Shown: piece after piece, positions 28,105-41,800 of the stretch
Layout: each line of letters begins with the position of its first letter
Numbering within the stretch: the stretch's first letter is position 1
Origin: Eledone cirrhosa
Lineage: Eukaryota
NCBI GenBank assembly: GCA_964016885.1
Contig: OZ024743.1
Span: 227,850,001-227,914,000, forward strand
Direction of reading: 5' to 3'
Length of the DNA: 64,000 nucleotides
Position numbers and translations under genes: made by a program
Notes under the pieces: model-generated
Databases searched by the model: none
Seen by the model: the letters and a program-made list of their open reading frames with translations, nothing else
Told to the model about the DNA's origin: nothing

Positions 28105-28733
28105 ATGTTCTTTTCTACCATATCAGGTGTTAAACTAATATCATCACCTGAGCTGCTGCTTTTCCTTCTTGATATGAATGTATGGATGTAAATACACACA
28201 CACACACACACACATATATAATAAGAACAAAGTGCATGTGTTACATAGGAGATTTATTGCTCAACCTGCTTACAAATGTTTCTAAAGCAGCCAGCTCGTG
28301 ATCTGGGAGGCATCTCAGACCAGACTCGAAGTCTGCCTGATCCTCAGACTAGTGTTAACAGAACAAAAATCAAATCAAATCTGTGGATGAACAGGCATAA
28401 ATAGATTAGGCAGATTACCACAGACCAAGTCAATATTCAATAAGGGGCTACTGACTTCTCAGATGAGCCAGAGACACATTTCATTTGCATACATACACAG
28501 TATGTACTGGATGTGTTTTATCATGGCACCAGCATTAAGAATGTTACCATATCCTCCATGCAATTGAAGGTTTCTCTCATTCCTTTGATTGTCTATTTAC
28601 AATGACTGGATACTCTTTCTAACATGTAAGGATATTACATTATGAGTAATGAAACTCTCACAGCATCAGAGGTAATGTAATCAGTCTAAAGCTATGGTTC
28701 TCAAAATTTTCATTGCTAAGACTATATATATAT

Positions 28734-28938
28734 GTGTGAGTCCCAAGTTCAATCAGTGGTAACCGCAGTTAATAAGGTACTCAATACGTGAGTAGAGTGT
28801 AAACATCAAGTTTAATATAGAAATGGCTTCTACGGGACTAGAACTGTTTCATTACATAGAAATCATAAGGCCTTTCCTAACACTTTCTTTTGAATGAAAC
28901 AGCTTTTGTCCTGTTGAAGCCATTTCAATATTAAACAT
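28734..28938. mobile_element. Hammerhead-bearing fold-back element family 2, degenerate copy
   Basis: Inverse-orientation homologue of 46111-46312; internal imperfect inverted repeat 28810-28936; cores mutated (CTTATGA on minus, CTAACAC on plus). Confidence 0.7.
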
Positions 28939-29529
28939 CCAGATGGCTGGAATGAGTAAAAGTGTATATATATATCATGAGTGTGTGAATATACACTTAT
29001 ATACACATGTAAATACATATACATTTATAAGCATATATTTACATAAATCACAAGATGGCTATTCTGCCAGCAACTATGTAGAAACTATTGGAAGCTGTTG
29101 AATGGATAGAAAGGCTATGTGTGGTAGTTTGGTTCACAGAAGAGTGTATGGGTGGGGTGGGGTGGTAAGAGGAGAAAATGAAAAGAGGGAGAGAAGGGGA
29201 ACGAGTAAAGAAAGGAGGTGGAAAATAAAGTAGGAGTGGTGTTATTACACTCACACACACATAAGGTAATAGAAATAAAGTAGCTAAGGAGATGGGGGGG
29301 GGGGTAAAAGAAATAAATACATAAATACATTCAATATAGATGATAAACAAAAAAAATACATAATTTGAAAATATTTTAAAACATTAAAATAAAAATTTAA
29401 AAAATCCCAGAAAAATGAAAAATTATATGTTCATATATAAATTATATAAAATTATATATATATATATGTGTGTGTATGTTTATATATATATATATAAACA
29501 TACACAAACATATACATATAATTGATATA

Positions 29530-29591
<62 letters not shown>

Positions 29592-30399
29592 CACACATAT
29601 ATATAATTTTATATATATGTGTGTCTGTATATATATATATACACACACACATATATCAATTATATGTATATGTTTGTGTATGTTTATATATATATATAAT
29701 TTTATATATATATATAATCCCTCCTTTCCTGCACACCTCTTCACTAGATCTAAATTAAAGCAGGAAGTGAAAATTGTTAATGTAATGGATCAGTGGAAGT
29801 CTGAAACATTTGGTATTCTAAAGGCAAAGCACTAAATCAAACAGAAGGACTTACCGTCAATACTTGTCTACGGAAATTACAAGATATTGCAGAGATCAAA
29901 GGCATCTCGTTTAGTTTTCAATACAGCAAAAGAAAACCATTTAGAGCCTCATTTTGCTTTTCATATACACACACTCTCTCTCTATCCCTCTCCTCTCTCT
30001 CCCTCACTCTCTCTATCCCTCTTCCCCCTCTCTCTCTATCCACCAATCTGTACACTAGAGCAGAATGGGAATACTAATATCTATCAAATAATTTGTAAGA
30101 AATTTTATAGAAAACACAAATCAGAAATATATAAATATATATAAAGAGAGAAGGTGAGGGAAAGTGACAGTGGGATAGGGAGAGTGAGAGAAAGAGAAGA
30201 GAGAGAAAGAGAAGAGAGAGCAAGAGGGGAGAAGAGAGAGAAGAGAGAGAAGAGAGAGAAGAGAGAGCAAGAGGGGAGAAGAGAGAGAGAGGGGAAAAGA
30301 GTGTGATAAAGGGAAAGAGAGAGTGATAAAGGCGGAGAGAGAGAGTGATAAAGGCGGAGAGAGGGAGGGAAGAGTAAGAGTGAGAGATAGAGGGAAGAG

Positions 30400-30795
30400 T
30401 GAGAGATAGAGGGGAGAGAGAGTGATAGAGGGGAGAGAGAGTGATAGAGGGGAGATAGAGTGATAGAGGGGAGGTAGAGTGATAGAGGGGAGATAGAGTG
30501 ATAGAGGGGAGGTGGAGTGATAGAGGGGAGGTGGAGTGATAGAGGGGAGGTGGAGTGATAGAGGGGAGGTGGAGTGATAGAGGGGAGGTGGAGTGATAGA
30601 GGGGAGGTAGAGTGATAGAGGGGAGGTAGAGTGATAGAGGGGAGGTGGAGTGATAGAGGGGAGGTAGAGTGATAGAGGGGAGGTAGAGTGATAGAGGGGA
30701 GGTAGAGTGATAGAGGGGAGAGAGTGATAGAGAGGAGAGAGAGTGATAGAGGGGAGAGAGAGTGATAGAGAGAGTGATAGAGAGGAGAGAGAGTG
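30400..30795. repeat. 19-bp purine-rich minisatellite gagtgatagaggggaggt(a/g) within a ~0.85-kb polypurine tract
   Basis: Read directly. Confidence 0.92.
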
Positions 30796-30855
30796 ATGGG
30801 GGAGATAGAGGGGGAGGGGACGAGTGAGAGAGGGGGGGCGAGAGTGAGAGAGAGA

Positions 30856-30908
<53 letters not shown>

Positions 30909-31839
30909 AGAGAGAGAGAGAGAAGAGAGAGAAAAGAGAGAGAGAGAGAAGAGAGAGAAGGAGAGAAGGAGAGAGAAGACTGAAGGTGGATGGTAGTAGA
31001 GATTGCAGTAACATACAAACATAGTATAGGTGTATGGCTGTAAAGGTTGCCTTAGTATATATTGGGTAGGTGGTAGAGTGGTGTAGTGTTGAAGTGGGAA
31101 GTAGAGGGTAGTGTACAATCCTATATACATAATAGCTATGTAATTCAAACATTTATCAATACGGTTGCTGTCTTGTGTGGATGTGCATGTATGTGTATGT
31201 TTGTGGATATATATGCATGTATGTGTATGTTTGTGGATATATATGCATGTATGTGTATGTTTGTAGATATACGTGTACGTATGTGTATTTCCTCCCTTCT
31301 TTACTTTTTAATAAATAGTTAAATTGAAAAAAAAATTCTAATAATAATTTGCAAATAAAAAAGCAAACAAGATGAAAAACAACCACTACTACTACTACTA
31401 CTACAACTACTACCACCACTACCACTCTAATAATAATAAAAAACAATAATAATATTAATGATAATATTAATAATAAAAATATTAATAATAATAATAATAT
31501 AAAATAATAATAAGTTAATTTTTCCTGAATTTTCTGCTGGGCTGAACAAAAATATTTATCCTTTAATGCTAATATATTTCAATGGCAATATCAATTCAGG
31601 GATGTTTTCCATTAAACAACAAATATCAAAATTAGGAAAATAATAATGATGTGTTTTATTTTTTATATTTATAATAATAATAATAGTAATAAATAAATGG
31701 ATAATGAAACCACAACAGAAAGAAGTTAAAAAAGAACAGCCATGTAGAAGCAAATCCAGTGAATTCCATCAAATTTATTACTGTGCTAGTGTCTTTTTGT
31801 CTTGGTCCTGATATATATGTAATGATCTGCACAAATATG

Positions 31840-31854
31840 TGTATGTGTATATAA

Positions 31855-31927
<73 letters not shown>

Positions 31928-32190
31928 CATATGAATATACATATATATATACATACATATACATATATATATACATACATATATACATACATATATACGT
32001 ACATATACACATACATATATATGCACATATATATATACATATGTATATACATATATATATACATACATATACATACATATATATGCATATATATATATAT
32101 ACATATATATACATATATATATACATATATATATACATATATATATATATGTATATATACATATATATATATATACATATATATATATAC

Positions 32191-32221
<31 letters not shown>

Positions 32222-32326
32222 CATATATATATATACATATATATATATATACATATATATATATACATATATATATATACATATATATATATACATATAT
32301 ATATATACATATATATATACATATAC

Positions 32327-32358
<32 letters not shown>

Positions 32359-32370
32359 ATATATATATAC

Positions 32371-32415
<45 letters not shown>

Positions 32416-32416
32416 C

Positions 32417-32447
<31 letters not shown>

Positions 32448-32497
32448 CATATATATACATATATATATATATATACATATATATACATATATATACA

Positions 32498-32531
<34 letters not shown>

Positions 32532-32934
32532 CATATATATACATATATATACATATATATATATATATACACATATATATATATATATATATATACATAA
32601 ATATATATATATAAACATAGATATATATACATATATATATATAGATATATATATAAACATAGATATATACATATATATATATATATATAAACATAGATAT
32701 ATATACATATAGATACATATATAAACATAGATATATATACATACAGATACATATATAAACATAGATATATATACATACATATATATATATAAATATATAT
32801 ATACATATACATATATATATATACACATATATACATATACATATATACATACACATATAGACATATACATATATACATATAAATATATACATAGACATAT
32901 ATACATATATACATATATATATATAATATATGCA

Positions 32935-32994
<60 letters not shown>

Positions 32995-32995
32995 A
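31840..32995. repeat. ~1.15-kb compound (TA)n/(TACA)n microsatellite
   Basis: Read directly. Confidence 0.97.
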
Positions 32996-33100
32996 CCAAA
33001 CTATATATGTAAATAATATCTATCTACATATATGTGTGTGTGCGTGTGTATGCAGGCAAGCATGGGACTATAAAATCCATAAATTGTTAGCTTAGATATT

Positions 33101-33180
<80 letters not shown>

Positions 33181-33522
33181 ATAAATTTGAACTGTGTAGA
33201 AGATTGAACTTGGAGAAGTGAAACTGCTGGAGTGTAAGTGGTTTTATAAATAAATCTTTGTGATAAATTCAATATAAAACATCAGAGAAGACAGGCCATT
33301 GAGGATACACAAATTATATATATATATACAAATATACATATATATATTACATATTCACATATATATATACATATACACATATACATATTTGTATATATAC
33401 ATATATATACACCTATACATATTTGTATATATACACCTATACATATTTGTATATATACACCTATACATATATATATATATATATATAATATAAGATCAAA
33501 AGATGGTTAAAGGAGTTCAATA

Positions 33523-33593
33523 TATTTTATTATGCGCATTTCAAAAACAAACATCATCAAACAATAATATTTGTGTTTTCATCAGATAAAACA
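33523..33593 (-). ncRNA. Type I hammerhead ribozyme motif (left arm, on the ephrin sense strand)
   Basis: Exact mirror image of 33712-33782. Confidence 0.72.
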
Positions 33594-33711
33594 GGAGAAC
33601 ATGATATGAAGGCTAAAAACACTTGTTGATAGTGCAGTTTTAAATCAACTGATATGTTGATTTAAAACTGCACTATCAACAAGTGTTTTTAGCCTTCATA
33701 TCATGTTCTCC

Positions 33712-33782
33712 TGTTTTATCTGATGAAAACACAAATATTATTGTTTGATGATGTTTGTTTTTGAAATGCGCATAATAAAATA
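33712..33782 (+). ncRNA. Type I hammerhead ribozyme motif (right arm)
   Basis: TGTTTTAT-CTGATGA-[AAACACAAATATTAT/ATGATGTTTGTTTTT]-GAAA-TGCGCA-TA^-ATAAAATA; predicted cleavage after 33774. Confidence 0.75.
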
Positions 33783-35098
33783 TATTGAACTCCTTTAACC
33801 ATCTTTTGATCTTATATTATGCATACTCCAGTCCCACAAACTGTAGAGTGCTTCTTATCCGATATCTGCATTGCTTTATTGTACTACAATAAAACTCACC
33901 TCCTACATATATATATATATATATATATATCATCATCATCACCATTTAACGTACATTTTCCACGCTAGTAATGGTTAAATGGGCTGTCCTGTTTGAGGTC
34001 AAGTGGGGTCAGGTAACTTGCTCATACAGAACTATTTCTGGCTTGGTTTCTATGGCTGGATGCCCTTCCTAAAGCCAACCACATTTACAGTGTAAGCTGG
34101 CTGCTTTTAATTGTGAGACCCCTTTACAGTGTTGGCTGGGTGCTTTTTGCCATGTCACCATCTTGACCATTTTACAGTATGGGCTGGGAATGTTTTGTCA
34201 TGTTGCCATCAGGGCCATTTTATAGTATGAGCCGGAGGCTTCACTGAATGTACACTACAGCCTGTCTTCATGAGAGATGTGTGGGTGTGTGGGGTGTGGT
34301 GGGAGTAGTGCATACTATATATATGTATGCTTCAGATAATGGACAGTTCATTCTGAAAATTTGTAGTAAACTAAAGTAAAGATTTTAATTTTTATTGAGA
34401 TGCAGTCACAAAGTTGTTTCCTTCTTTCCAAGAATGTTTGTTAATGTAAGTTTATGCAATACAGGACAATAAGAGTTAAAGGAACTACCAAATATATTTG
34501 AGTTCTTTTCTCAACCTTGATATAAAGTTTCAACCAAGTTTTTAGTTAAACATAATTCACAACATAAGGTGCACCCACAGATCAACTTAAGCTTCTAATC
34601 TATTGGGAGATTATCTTTTACTTGCATTTTATTCTTATCACAGCACCTATTCAAAGGAACATAACCTTTGTTTCTTATCAGCATTGGGGAAAATACATTG
34701 ACTTTGAAAATGCACATCCCTAGTTCATGTTTACCTATGTACTTCAGTACTTAATACTCTAGACCTACCCATTTAATGTTCAGCCACTATCTTGCATTCA
34801 CCACCCACCTTTATACACTGTCACACATTCTAACTACTATATTATGATGTAACAGCAGTTCACAAAAGGGATAAACAAACCATAGGCTAATCGCTTCGTT
34901 TGTTGTGCAACATTTGGAAAGAAGAAGGGATAGAAAATAGGATTACAGAGAATATCAAAGGATATTTCATGAGTTCCTCTAATCATCATCATCATAAAAA
35001 CAGCACCTTTTGAAAAAGGTGTTACACTAATTCCTTCCTCACCCTCGCTTCCACCATCTGTCTGTGTCCAAGAAATATAAAGAACATGAGTAACTTAC

Positions 35099-35216
35099 CA
35101 TGTATATTGAGTAATATTCCATTTCACTTTCATGGGTATATGACTTGTAGTTTGGACAGATGATATTTACTCGATCTCCAAGATTTACTCGTAGTTTCTG
35201 ATTTTCTGGTCTAAAA
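35099..35216 (-). CDS. Ephrin family ligand, internal coding exon (N-terminal half of the ephrin receptor-binding domain)
   Basis: Minus strand reads ...tttatttcag|T TTT AGA CCA...TAC ATG|gtaagtta; 118 nt, phase 2 in, phase 0 out. Translation FRPENQKLRVNLGDRVNIICPNYKSYTHESEMEYYSIYM matches the ephrin pattern F..(V/L)..GD.(L/V).IICP..EYY.(I/V)YMV. Confidence 0.93.
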
Positions 35217-35466
35217 CTGAAATAAATAAATATAATAAATATGTAAATATACAAATAAACATGGTGAATATTCAGATATATGCAAATAAACATAGAAAAG
35301 CTTTAAAAACAAAAACAAAAAAAAACAGAAAATCATTAAAAATACATGATATGATTTTAATACATATATTAGTATAAAAAACTTGGTTGATATCATCCAT
35401 AGGAATGAAAGGCAATGCTAACCTTGGCCATGTGTGTTGATAACATTAGATACTATTATTATGAAT

Positions 35467-35880
35467 TCGGTGGATTGGCAGTATCGGTAGAGGGTCGGAC
35501 ACCATGCTTTGCAGCAAAGAGTTATGGTCTGAGTTCAAATCTCGCCGAGGTTAACTTTGCCTTTCATCCTTACGGTGTCGATAAAATAAAGTACCAGTAA
35601 TGTACTGGGTAATTGCTGGCCTTGTGCCAAAAGTAGAAACAATTATGAATTTGCAAAAGGTGGTGTGGATTTGCAAAATTGGTAGAAGATCAAACAACTA
35701 CATAGCTGTATTAGTATTAGCTCCTTACAGTATAAGTTCAAATACTGCAAACATCAACCTTGCCTTTCATTCTTCCAGTGTCAATAAAATAAAATAGAAG
35801 TTAAGTACTGGGGTTAATTAATGTAATCAACTTAACAGTCTACACAAATTGTTGGCCTTGTGCCTAAATAAGAAATCATT
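35467..35880 (+). mobile_element. Two head-to-tail SINE family A copies (young 35467-35646, old 35657-35880)
   Basis: A-box tggcagtatcgg, B-box gagttcaaatct, the same core and the gtagaaacaatt end. Confidence 0.85.
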
Positions 35881-36702
35881 AGAATACTGGACAAAATGCC
35901 TTGTAGTAATTGTTCTGGTGCTTATTTTGATTTCAAAACTTACTATAACCACCATAAAATAAAGTAACAATCAATATAATTGCATCTTGAAACCATCTAG
36001 CAATTTTACTCACATGATTATGATCAATTCATGGCTATGGTAGAAAATATTTGCCCAAGTTGACACTAAACAGTGGAACTGAACCTGAATTCACATGGAT
36101 TTATTGACATACACTGTGCCTATATGTAACTCATGATGATGACGATCATCATCATCACCATTTAACATCCATTTTTCCATTTTTCCATGCTATCATGGGG
36201 TAGATGAGTTGTCCCATTGCGAAATAAGCCAGATCAGATGACTGTGATTTGCTCATACTGGACTAATTTTGACTTGGTTTCTATGGCTGGATGCCCCTCC
36301 TAATGCCAACTGGGATATTTACCTAACATTTACACCAGAGGTTCATACTCCATAAGACCTTCCTTTCATGGGATACACAAATATTTTCGAAAACAAACAT
36401 GCCTATACAATTCTTACATCTACTTTCATGATAGCCTGTAAATGAGATATTTATTTAAAATTTATGCCAGTGGTTTATAAACAACATTAGACCTTCCTTC
36501 TACAGGATACACACATATTTTCACACATACACATATCTGTATATAATTGTTACATCTTCTTTCAAGCTTGTTTATCAATAGTTGAATGTCATATAATAAC
36601 ATAAATCGGCAGCCTACAATGTTTTTTTCCCCATTTTATGCTGTTTACCAAATATTGTTTATGTAAAGAAGAAGAAGAAGAAAACCAACAGCAATGATAA
36701 CA

Positions 36703-36743
<41 letters not shown>

Positions 36744-37574
36744 CTTGGTGCAAGTTACTTATTGCAAGGGAACATGTTAAATTGGCTTCATTGCAGATGC
36801 AATGTTTGTAGGCTTTAAACTGCAGTGTTCACTTTATAGATACAGTTTCAGCTGCAAAAGAAATGAGTTTCAGTTTGATATCTCTTTGACAAAGCAGCAA
36901 TCTTTATTATTCTTCACATGTCATGTCTAGAGTGGTGTCAATAAAGTATCAAAGTAAAAGAGAAAAATTTGAACCAAAACACCAGAGAGTTGTAACAAAA
37001 TTCACAACAACATAAAACTACTATATTATCGATAGTCACGGTCTTAGAAGTGATTGGAGAGAGGGAGAGAGTGAGAGACAGAGAGACCTAATCAAGAAGA
37101 CTAAAGTAAAGCAAAACCTTCAACAAAAACTAACACCAGACAGTAGGATCCGGTTACATAACCCACCAATCCTTACATGTCATAACTGAGTATTATCTAT
37201 ATGTGAGTAAAAACCAGTAAACAGTAAGATACATACTTAAGACATTTAAAAATACATGGAAAAGTGGATGTGGTATTAGATTCCTGATCATAGGTTTGTG
37301 TTTTGAAATCATGAATCAGGTAGCACAATTTGTTCTTAAACAAAATATTTATTTCCTGTTGTTAATTCTACCAGGAGTTCAACCAGCAGATATTATCAGT
37401 AATGGAAAGACCAATAAGCATATTGTTTCCTTCGTATAATCAGACAATTGGATCCTTTCTCCATTTTTAAGGACATTTAAGTACAAACCATGTGTGGGAC
37501 CTTCAGCCACACACTTGGATTGGCTAGTGACTTATGATGAGCATCATTGACTAACAAAAAACTGAAGATGTCTG

Positions 37575-37634
<60 letters not shown>

Positions 37635-38774
37635 TTATGTATGCGTGTTCCATGTTAATGTTTATGTTCCATAACTTAGCAGTTTTATAGGAGATTAATA
37701 AACAAATACCAGAATATATAGATATCAGTGTTAGATGCTGCTTTTTCCAGTCTTGTAAAGCATTGTGCATGTATAAAGATACACACACATACATAAGCAC
37801 AACATTTATACATACATATATACACATATATATATATATACCCCACCACCACATATCTATCTATTTATATATATATATATAAGGATATACACACATACAA
37901 CTACACCCAGTTTAATCTATATCTTTTAAAATGCCTTCAACCTAATCACTTTATTAAAAAGAAATGTTACATTTCCTAGGGGTTTAATGGAATTAATTCT
38001 AGTGGAAAGAAATGTACTTTGGTCACAGAACATGATTCCAATATTTGATTTCTGAGGAAAGAGCAAGAATTTCGGGCATGTTTAAAGATTTCTAGCAAAT
38101 TGAATTCCTGTTGGTTATAATTCCAGAACATTAAAGAAGAATAAAAAACAAACATTCTTTTACATTGTTAGTTTCTTAAATATTTTTGCAATAAAGACAT
38201 TGTAATCTAATGTTATTTTTACTATTATTAAAGATTCCCCTCATTGACACACTACTACAAACTAAAAGATGGAAGGGTGTATTTAGATTAAATTGCCCCC
38301 ATTCTTTGTATACTGCTTATTTTTAGACAGCCTGAAGTCAGGAGGGGCTTCAAAGGCAGACTAATCTTTGTATCACCATATTCCTAATAAAAATATATTA
38401 CCTTTGTGTTTTAATTATTAAAGTAATCAATAAATATGAATGGTTTTAGCGAAATAATTAACTTTTAACTCAATAATAATTTAAATATATTTAACTACGA
38501 AAATCAATTATCATCAGTTATGTAATAATGAGATTTCAGTTCAAGATTTACATTTAAGTTTGAACACATTAATAAAACTAGTTTTGTTCATGTTGGTGTT
38601 TAAATATTTAAACTTAGAAAATTTACTGTGTTCATGCTTTTCATTATAAAGAGCACGTTCTTTAGTCACAAGCTGAGTGAGCAGAACTATGATAATAATT
38701 TAAAAAAAACTTTCCAGCTATATCCATTCTTTCTTGTTTTCAGAACTAGTGTCCCTAGCACTATATTATTCAGA

Positions 38775-38805
<31 letters not shown>

Positions 38806-41800
38806 AGATCAGAATTGTGTGATTTTATGGAATTTGGTTACTATATTTACTAGATCGAGAGATTGTGTAGAGACTACCTTGCTGTTTGCTCATCATTATC
38901 ATCATCATTTCTTGCTCGTTTTCAATGTGTTGGCTGGGTTACCATAGTTAGCAGTAAGGCATGGTAGGATAACCACATCCTTTAGTATGTTCTATATTTT
39001 GACATGATTTCTACGGTTGGATGCCCTTCCTAATGCTGATTGCTTTATGGCAGCTTGTAAACAACATTTATCAAAGGATGCAAGCTGGATATGAACAGTG
39101 TTGTTAATGTGGTGATGAAAGTACCTATGGCTCATTCAGCTTCTCACAAATGAGATTAATTATGCAGGGACAGATATTGTTTATCTGAGCTGTCTAAGTT
39201 ATTCCAGCATAGAGAAAATAGATACTAAAACAACGATGGTGATAACGATAATAATAATAATAACAACGATGAGGATGATGAGAATGAGGAGGATATCATT
39301 AATAGAAGTTGTGAAGCAGACAGACAGAGGCAACAATAAACACCCTTCAAGTATAGAATTAACAAACAAACAGAAAGCAATTAAAAAAGTCTTTGTATGT
39401 CCAATGTTGCTAATGAACACAGACCCCAACAAATATTTTATGGAGCTTTGGTTTTTTAAGAGTTGAAGTTGCTCAGGATGACATGCAGAGATCCCCACTG
39501 ATATGCCACATTAAACACAGACACAACACACTTATTGCTTCTCCTATTTTATACGTGGGACACAAATAAACTAACCCATTATTATAAAACATGTTTATCA
39601 CCAGTGCGTGGAGTGTTGTGGTGTACCTTCTTAGAAAACATTTTGACGGAAAATAGCAATATACAAGCCACTTGTCCGGAAATAATGGTAAAAAAAAAAA
39701 AAGGAAAAACAAAAAATGTATAGAAGATAAAATAACACAAAGCCATCCAACTTGTATAAAACCTAATATAAATAAATTAAACATTCAATAGGACACTTGC
39801 CATCGTCTTTCTCCTCTCAACTTATCAATAAAGCTGTAATATATATGTGTACACTTTTTTTATTAGGGATCGAACAATACAAACAAGTATTAGAAGTTTT
39901 TATTTTGTTGTATTTTCTAACAGGCACTAGGGCTTTAGTTGGTGTAAAGATGGGGTTGGGGTTAAAGGAAGTTGGTGGGGAAAAAGGGAGGCAAAATATA
40001 AAGAAATGTAGGAAATAACTGATAAAATACAGGATGGAATGAAGGGTGCGGTATTGAAAGGGGTGAGTATCAGAGAAATGTGATGTCAGAGAAGTATGAT
40101 GTAACAACAGCTTCAACATATGCATGTTATTGCTTGCTCATGAGGAAACACAGTCTATGCATGCACACGTGTTTGTGTGTGTGACATATGGGTGTCATGA
40201 GAAGATATTTGATGAAGAAGGAAAGTGCTGTTGCGTGTATGATATGGCAGGCATTAACACATATCTGTGTCTCTTCTGCAGCCGTTCTCCACCTACAAAA
40301 GCATTGTTTAATGAGGGCTGTTTATTCTATAGCAGTAACACCAATAACACTGCATAGTGATTAGACAAACAAAGTCCCTATGGACACCCTGATCCTGTGG
40401 GTAGGACAATCATAAGGTCATGTATTTGATGCTTGCTTGAGTAAGATATTTTTTCCACATTGCTCCAGTCCACTCAGCTGGTAAAAATGAGTTGTACCTG
40501 TAATTTAAAAGGTCAGTCTAGTCATACACTGTTATGCTGAATCTCCCTGAGCATTATGTTAATGGTACACCCATTTGTGGGATACTTGGCAATTTGCACA
40601 TTAATTTCACAAGCAGGCTATAAGTTGGCCAAACAACTGGAACATTTGTCCACAACAACATCAATAAAGACATAATGACCAATAGAAAAATAGCAAAAAC
40701 AAATTAATGGGAGAGCCTCTAAATGTTTGCTTAATCATCTCAAAATAGCAACGAAATCTCCTTTGATCCTTTCTATATTATATATTCCCTGCCTTTTATT
40801 TTCAAATAAGTTTGAAAAGGATCAAGAATTTGGAAGGATATCATATATAACTAACTTTCACAATATTAAGTTGGTTCCTGGATCATAACTTAACAAAGAT
40901 TCATAGATAAAAGTATAATAGAAAGGTTTTCAGATATATATAAAGACTTTATTATTATTTATGATATAAACAGGGGTAGTATTGGGTAATTTAATAAAAA
41001 AAAAAGTTTTTAAATAATCTGGAATTTGGAGGGATTTAATAATATAATTTAATTTTTCATTAATTTTTCAAAATTATGATAGGCTTTTTTAAAAATATAT
41101 ATAAAAGTCTAGAAATGTAGAACCAAGGACAAGTTCTAGCAGCCTGGTATCAAAACCACTCCTTATAGTTTAAGACAAAGAAGTGGGGATGGCATTGGAT
41201 AATGTAGTTCTAGATATGCAAAAATATTAGATGGAATGTCTTAGAGCACATAAAAATAAGTCCTGTGTTGGACAATCATCAATTCCAACAATAGAGTTGT
41301 TTGATCAATGCTCACAAAATTAACATGCAAGTAGCTATGCATTCTACAAACATGTTTACCCTTAACACAAATCTCAGGGAGATTCAGTGACACAGTGTGA
41401 CAAGGCTGGTCCTTTGAATTACAAGTACAGCTCATGTTTGCAGGCTGAGTGAACTGGAGAAACAAGAAATAAAGTGTCTGCTATTTTATTTTATCAACCC
41501 TGAAATGAGGAAAGGCAATGTAGAGTTTAGCAGGATTTTAAATGAGTGCACAGAGAACTGGAACAAGTACTGCAAGGCATTTGCTGTAATGACATTGCCA
41601 ATTCATTGCTTATAATGGACAACCCTAAAGTAGGCCATCAATAATGTTTCATGGTGCTAAAACATAGTGCTAAAAGAACTAAAAAGATCAAAAGAAATTA
41701 GAAATCACTATGGTATTCATTAAGTTATGCAAGAAGAAAACTGGAAATCTAGTATTTATTTCCTTGGAATTTAATACTGCTCTTTGATTCTCAGATGTTT

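Larger units (their letters stand above)
33485..33906. mobile_element. Hammerhead-bearing element family 1, copy B, with perfect 165-bp inverted arms
   Basis: 33485-33649 is the exact reverse complement of 33656-33820 (6-nt spacer TGATAT); the right arm continues to 33906 as in copy A; flanked by (TA)n. Confidence 0.85.

Noticed and set aside
30074-31152. Ser/Leu/Pro-rich ORFs of 314-347 aa
   Set aside because: Translations of the polypurine tract and 19-bp minisatellite, open in three overlapping frames.
36355-36565. Diverged ~75-bp direct repeat (also 54485-54535 vs 54893-54948)
   Set aside because: Old local duplications with no further structure suggesting function.
38020-38056. Candidate ephrin first exon (minus-strand KYWNH resembling YWNSSN)
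   Set aside because: In-frame stop three codons later, no signal peptide and no suitable donor; the real exon is probably beyond 64000.
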